Of a stretch of 64,000 nt of DNA, positions 60,664 through 64,000 are shown piece after piece. Made by a program: the position numbers and the translations under genes. Where the stretch lies: positions 8,736 to 72,735 of the forward strand of contig CAZPGB010000028.1 in assembly GCA_964585945.1 (NCBI GenBank), given 5' to 3'. The notes below the pieces were generated by a model. It was not told the DNA's origin. It saw nothing but the letters and a program-made list of their open reading frames with translations, and did not search any database. Positions within the stretch are counted from its first letter, which is position 1. Each line of letters begins with the position of its first letter. The DNA is from an uncultured bacterium. Its GTDB lineage: Bacteria > Eisenbacteria > RBG-16-71-46 > CAIMUX01 > WJJG01.

Positions 60664-61866
60664 CTAGGCGATGACCTTCAGCTCCTTGCCGATCTCGGTG
60701 AAGGCATCCACCGCCTTGTGGATGTGCTCTTCCTCGTGCGCCGCCGAGAGCTGGACGCGGATGCGCGCCTGTCCCCGCGGCACCACGGGGTAGGAGAAGC
60801 CGATCACGTAGATGCCCTCGTCGAGCAGCTTGGCCGCGAAATCCTGCGCCAGCTTGGCGTCGTTCTCGAACTTGCCGAACATGATCGGCACGATGGGATG
60901 ATCCCCGGGACGAATGTCGAAGCCGACCTCGGTCATCATCCGGCGGAACATCTTCTGATTGCGCTCCAGCTTGTCACGCAGCTCGGTCGTGCTGGAGAGC
61001 AGCTCCAGGACCGCCAGGGTACCCGCCGCCACCGCCGGCGCCAGGGTGTTGGAGAAGAGATAGGGACGCGACTTCTGGCGTAGCCAGGCGATCAGCTCCT
61101 TGTGGCCCGACACGCAGCCGCCCGAGGCGCCGCCCAGGGCTTTGCCGAACGTGGTGGTGATCAGATCGACGCGCTTCATGACATTGTGGTACTCATGGGT
61201 GCCCCGGCCGGTCTTGCCGAGGAAGCCGCTGGCGTGGCAGTCGTCGAACATCACCAGCGCGTCGTACTTCTCCGCCAGGTCGCAGATCTTGTCCAGCGGC
61301 GCGATGTCGCCGTCCATCGAGAAGACGCCGTCGGTGGCGATGATGCGGTACTTGGCATTCTGGGCCTCCTGCAGCTTCGCTTCCAGGTCGGCCATGTTCA
61401 TGTGCTCGTAGATGTAGCGCTGGGCCTTGCAGAGGCGGATGCCGTCGATGACCGATGCATGGTTGAGCGCGTCGGTGAGGATGGCGGACTCCTTGTCGAG
61501 CAGCGGCTCGAAGGCACCGCCGTTGGCATCGAAACACGCCGCGTAGAGGATCGTGTCCTCGGTTCCCAGGAACTCCGAGACCTTCCGCTCCAGCATCTTG
61601 TGCAGCTCCTGCGTGCCGCAGATGAAGCGCACCGACGAGAGGCCGTAGCCCCAGCGCTTCAGCCCCGCGTGGGCGGCCTCGATGACCTTGGGATGCGACG
61701 AGAGCCCGAGGTAGTTGTTGGCGCAGAAGTTGAGCACCGTCTGGCCGGTCGTGACCTTGATCTCGGCGCCCTGGGGCGTGGTGATGACGCGCTCGTCCTT
61801 GTGGAGCCCGGCGTCCTTGATCTCCTGAAGACCCTTGGCGAGGTCCCCCTTGATCTTCCCGTACAT
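60664..61866 (-). CDS. kbl: glycine C-acetyltransferase (2-amino-3-ketobutyrate CoA ligase)
   Basis: [73 protein letters not shown]; AAGGAGG RBS. Confidence 0.96.
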   Translation of the reverse strand: MYGKIKGDLAKGLQEIKDAGLHKDERVITTPQGAEIKVTTGQTVLNFCANNYLGLSSHPKVIEAAHAGLKRWGYGLSSVRFICGTQELHKMLERKVSEFLGTEDTILYAACFDANGGAFEPLLDKESAILTDALNHASVIDGIRLCKAQRYIYEHMNMADLEAKLQEAQNAKYRIIATDGVFSMDGDIAPLDKICDLAEKYDALVMFDDCHASGFLGKTGRGTHEYHNVMKRVDLITTTFGKALGGASGGCVSGHKELIAWLRQKSRPYLFSNTLAPAVAAGTLAVLELLSSTTELRDKLERNQKMFRRMMTEVGFDIRPGDHPIVPIMFGKFENDAKLAQDFAAKLLDEGIYVIGFSYPVVPRGQARIRVQLSAAHEEEHIHKAVDAFTEIGKELKVIA

Positions 61867-61962
61867 CCGCAAACCTCCTTACGCGGACCCGGCCGGGCCC
61901 GGTAGCTGCCTTCCTCCATACAAGTTCGGAAGGGCGAGTATAGGGACGGGCCCCGGGCGACG

Positions 61963-63300
61963 TCAATCGAGCGGTTCGATTGCGGCCGCGACCCGATCGG
62001 GCGAGGTTCGCGCCATGCGCGCCATGAGGAGCGCGGCCAGCCCGAAGAGCAGGGCGCACATGACGAAGCCGTGCAGAGTGGAGGCCAGGTGGATGACCAG
62101 GTATCCCAGGAACGGCGCCCCCACGCCGCGCACACCGACCAGCACCGTGTGCACCGTCTGGTAGGCGCTGGGATCCTCTTCGCCGGCGAAGTGCAGGCTG
62201 CTCAGGTTCCAGGCCAGCCCCACGCCGGCCATGGCGGTGCCGAAGCAGAGAAAGGCGCCATAGACCAGGAGGATCCTGGCGGCGCCCGGTGCCAGCCAGG
62301 AGGCGAGCAGGAGCAGCGGATAGCCGGTCAGCAAGGCGAACACCCCCGCGCTGAAACGCATCGGCTTCAGGCGCAGCATCAGCCGGCCCATCAGGGGCGA
62401 GAAGAGGATCAGCCCCATTTGACCCATCAATCCGCGGGCCAGACCGATGCGCGTGTAGTCGAGCTGCAGATCGTTGACCAGAAAGAGCGGCACGATCGGC
62501 AGAAGCGACAGGAACGCGATGCCGTAGAGGAAGAAGTTGCGCTCGAAGCGGCGGAATTCGGTGTCCTCGCGCAGGATCTTGACGACCAGCGCCACCGACT
62601 CGCGCACGGAGCGCAGTCCGGCCAGCAGGCCCGGCTCCTTCAAGGGCGGGTAGAGTTGCGTGCGTCGCGCCAGCTCCTGGCGGTAGTCCACCTGGGATTC
62701 CATGCGCATCATCAGGAGCGAGCCCCCGAAGCCGCAGGCGCCGAGCGTCAGATAGACCAGACCGTAGAGCCCGTCGTTCAGGTCGAGGATGCGTCCGACG
62801 GCGACGGTCATGATCAACCGCACCAGGGTGTTGACCGACACGGAGACGCCGAACGCGTGTTCCCGAAATTCGGGCCGGTAGACGCGCTGGATGATCGAGA
62901 CCTGCGCGCCGACGATCATCGCTTCGGAGACCCACGAGAGGCCCACGACGGCGATGAACCACGTGGGGTGGTGCACCAGCCCGACCAATCCCAGTCCCAG
63001 GCGCCCGACCAGCGCCGCCACCAGCACGAAGGGGGCCTTCGGGCGGTTGCGCATCGCGCCCGCCCAGAAGGCCGACGCCAGAAAGCCGACCCCCATGATG
63101 ACCGACAGCGCGGTGACCTGCAGCGGGGTGGCTTCCAGGGTCTTGGCCAGAATCGTGTCCGAGAGGTGCAGAATGCTGGCCGAGCAACCGGTCAACAGGG
63201 CGGAAAAGAGGTGCAATCGAAAGACGCGCCGCTCGGCGGCGTTCATGTCGGCCGGCCAGATGGCTCGGCGCACGGCGGTCCGGTGACGCAGCATCCGCAT
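61963..63300 (-). CDS. MFS transporter
   Basis: About 12 hydrophobic segments in two halves separated by a hydrophilic loop; start uncertain (63300 or 63246). Confidence 0.78.
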   Translation of the reverse strand: MRMLRHRTAVRRAIWPADMNAAERRVFRLHLFSALLTGCSASILHLSDTILAKTLEATPLQVTALSVIMGVGFLASAFWAGAMRNRPKAPFVLVAALVGRLGLGLVGLVHHPTWFIAVVGLSWVSEAMIVGAQVSIIQRVYRPEFREHAFGVSVSVNTLVRLIMTVAVGRILDLNDGLYGLVYLTLGACGFGGSLLMMRMESQVDYRQELARRTQLYPPLKEPGLLAGLRSVRESVALVVKILREDTEFRRFERNFFLYGIAFLSLLPIVPLFLVNDLQLDYTRIGLARGLMGQMGLILFSPLMGRLMLRLKPMRFSAGVFALLTGYPLLLLASWLAPGAARILLVYGAFLCFGTAMAGVGLAWNLSSLHFAGEEDPSAYQTVHTVLVGVRGVGAPFLGYLVIHLASTLHGFVMCALLFGLAALLMARMARTSPDRVAAAIEPLD

Positions 63301-63450
63301 CGGGGACAGGCTCCTGGGGCCCGGGAGACACAAGGAGCGAGCTTGACGAAGCGGGGTCGGAGATGTCAAGGATGTCGGCGGGCGCCCCGGGCCCCGGGAG
63401 CAAAGCAGGTTGGGGCCCGAAGGGCGGGTGAGGCGAGGTGCGGTGGGCGG

Positions 63451-63705
63451 ATGTTCTTCTTCTTGATCGTAGGCACCAAGGAGGTCGTGCGCGGGCGCGC
63501 GGAGGTGCCCCCCGAAGCGCGGTTCTGCCCGCGCTGCGGCGTGCGAAGGGCGTTCCACGGGGCGGCCCGGCGGTCCTACCTCACGCTGTTCTTCCTTCCC
63601 CTGATCCCCCTGAGCGGCGACCGGCCGTGTCTGGCGTGCGAGGTCTGTGGAACCACGGTGCCGCCGGGGCCGCACTGGACGCGCGATGTCCGCCTGGAGG
63701 GGTGA
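63451..63705 (+). CDS. small zinc-ribbon protein
   Basis: MFFFLIVGTK, CPRCG..RSYLTLFFLPLIP..CEVCG. Confidence 0.75.
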   Translation: MFFFLIVGTKEVVRGRAEVPPEARFCPRCGVRRAFHGAARRSYLTLFFLPLIPLSGDRPCLACEVCGTTVPPGPHWTRDVRLEG

Positions 63706-63839
63706 CGCCGACGGACACGCAGACTGAACATGGCGAGCGAAGTGCCGATCCATAGCGTGGCGGGATTCAACCGCCGCGCTGGGCGACCTCGCCTCGCGCA
63801 GGCGTTCCCATCCGAACGGACAACACCAAGGAGCATGCG

Positions 63840-64000
63840 GTGCGCAATCGGACGGTTCCCGGCAAGTACGCTTTGGGCCGCTGGCGGAATCTCGAAGCGA
63901 CGGAGGCCCAGCAGGAGCTGGAGCAACAGGTGATGGCGACCCAGCACCTGCAGGTGGTGCGGTGCCACTACCGGGCCGGATCGGACTTCGCGCCTCACAC
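63840..64000 (+). CDS. probable cupin-domain protein, N-terminal part (runs off the window)
   Basis: AAGGAG RBS and GTG 63840; translates VRNRTVPGKYALGRW..LQVVRCHYRAGSDFAPH, matching the start of cupin motif 1. Confidence 0.55.
   Translation, partial: MRNRTVPGKYALGRWRNLEATEAQQELEQQVMATQHLQVVRCHYRAGSDFAPH

Overview
GC-rich bacterial DNA. Secreted proteins with FlgD-Ig/T9SS-like tails and a C-terminal TWGxIK motif suggest an Eisenbacteria/Krumholzibacteria-like FCB-group organism (inference). From left to right: a type I-E-like cas3 running off the left edge (absent from the ORF track); a complete IS1380-family element with a TTAG target duplication; a ~13 kb minus-strand operon (xdhA/B/C-like molybdoenzyme, preT, preA, ssnA, a threonine-synthase-like PLP enzyme, ygeY, ygeW, hydA) resembling a rewired anaerobic purine/urate degradation cluster; secreted M14, M28 and M1 peptidases, a beta-helix lipoprotein, a metal permease, a GNAT, ispH, era and metG; an ECF sigma/anti-sigma pair divergent from a spondin-domain protein, with mirror-image promoter motifs; a Cas4-like nuclease and an ABC-type ATPase; tolA-tolB-pal-cpoB; pduO and a flavin reductase; a chemotaxis cluster with two sigma28-like promoters; tdh-kbl, an MFS transporter and small genes. 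The best hidden signal is a candidate selenoprotein at 35510-36496: a PKD plus thioredoxin-fold lipoprotein with an in-frame TGA followed directly by a SECIS-like hairpin and an unusual Sec-Cys motif. No CRISPR array, tRNA or rRNA was seen.
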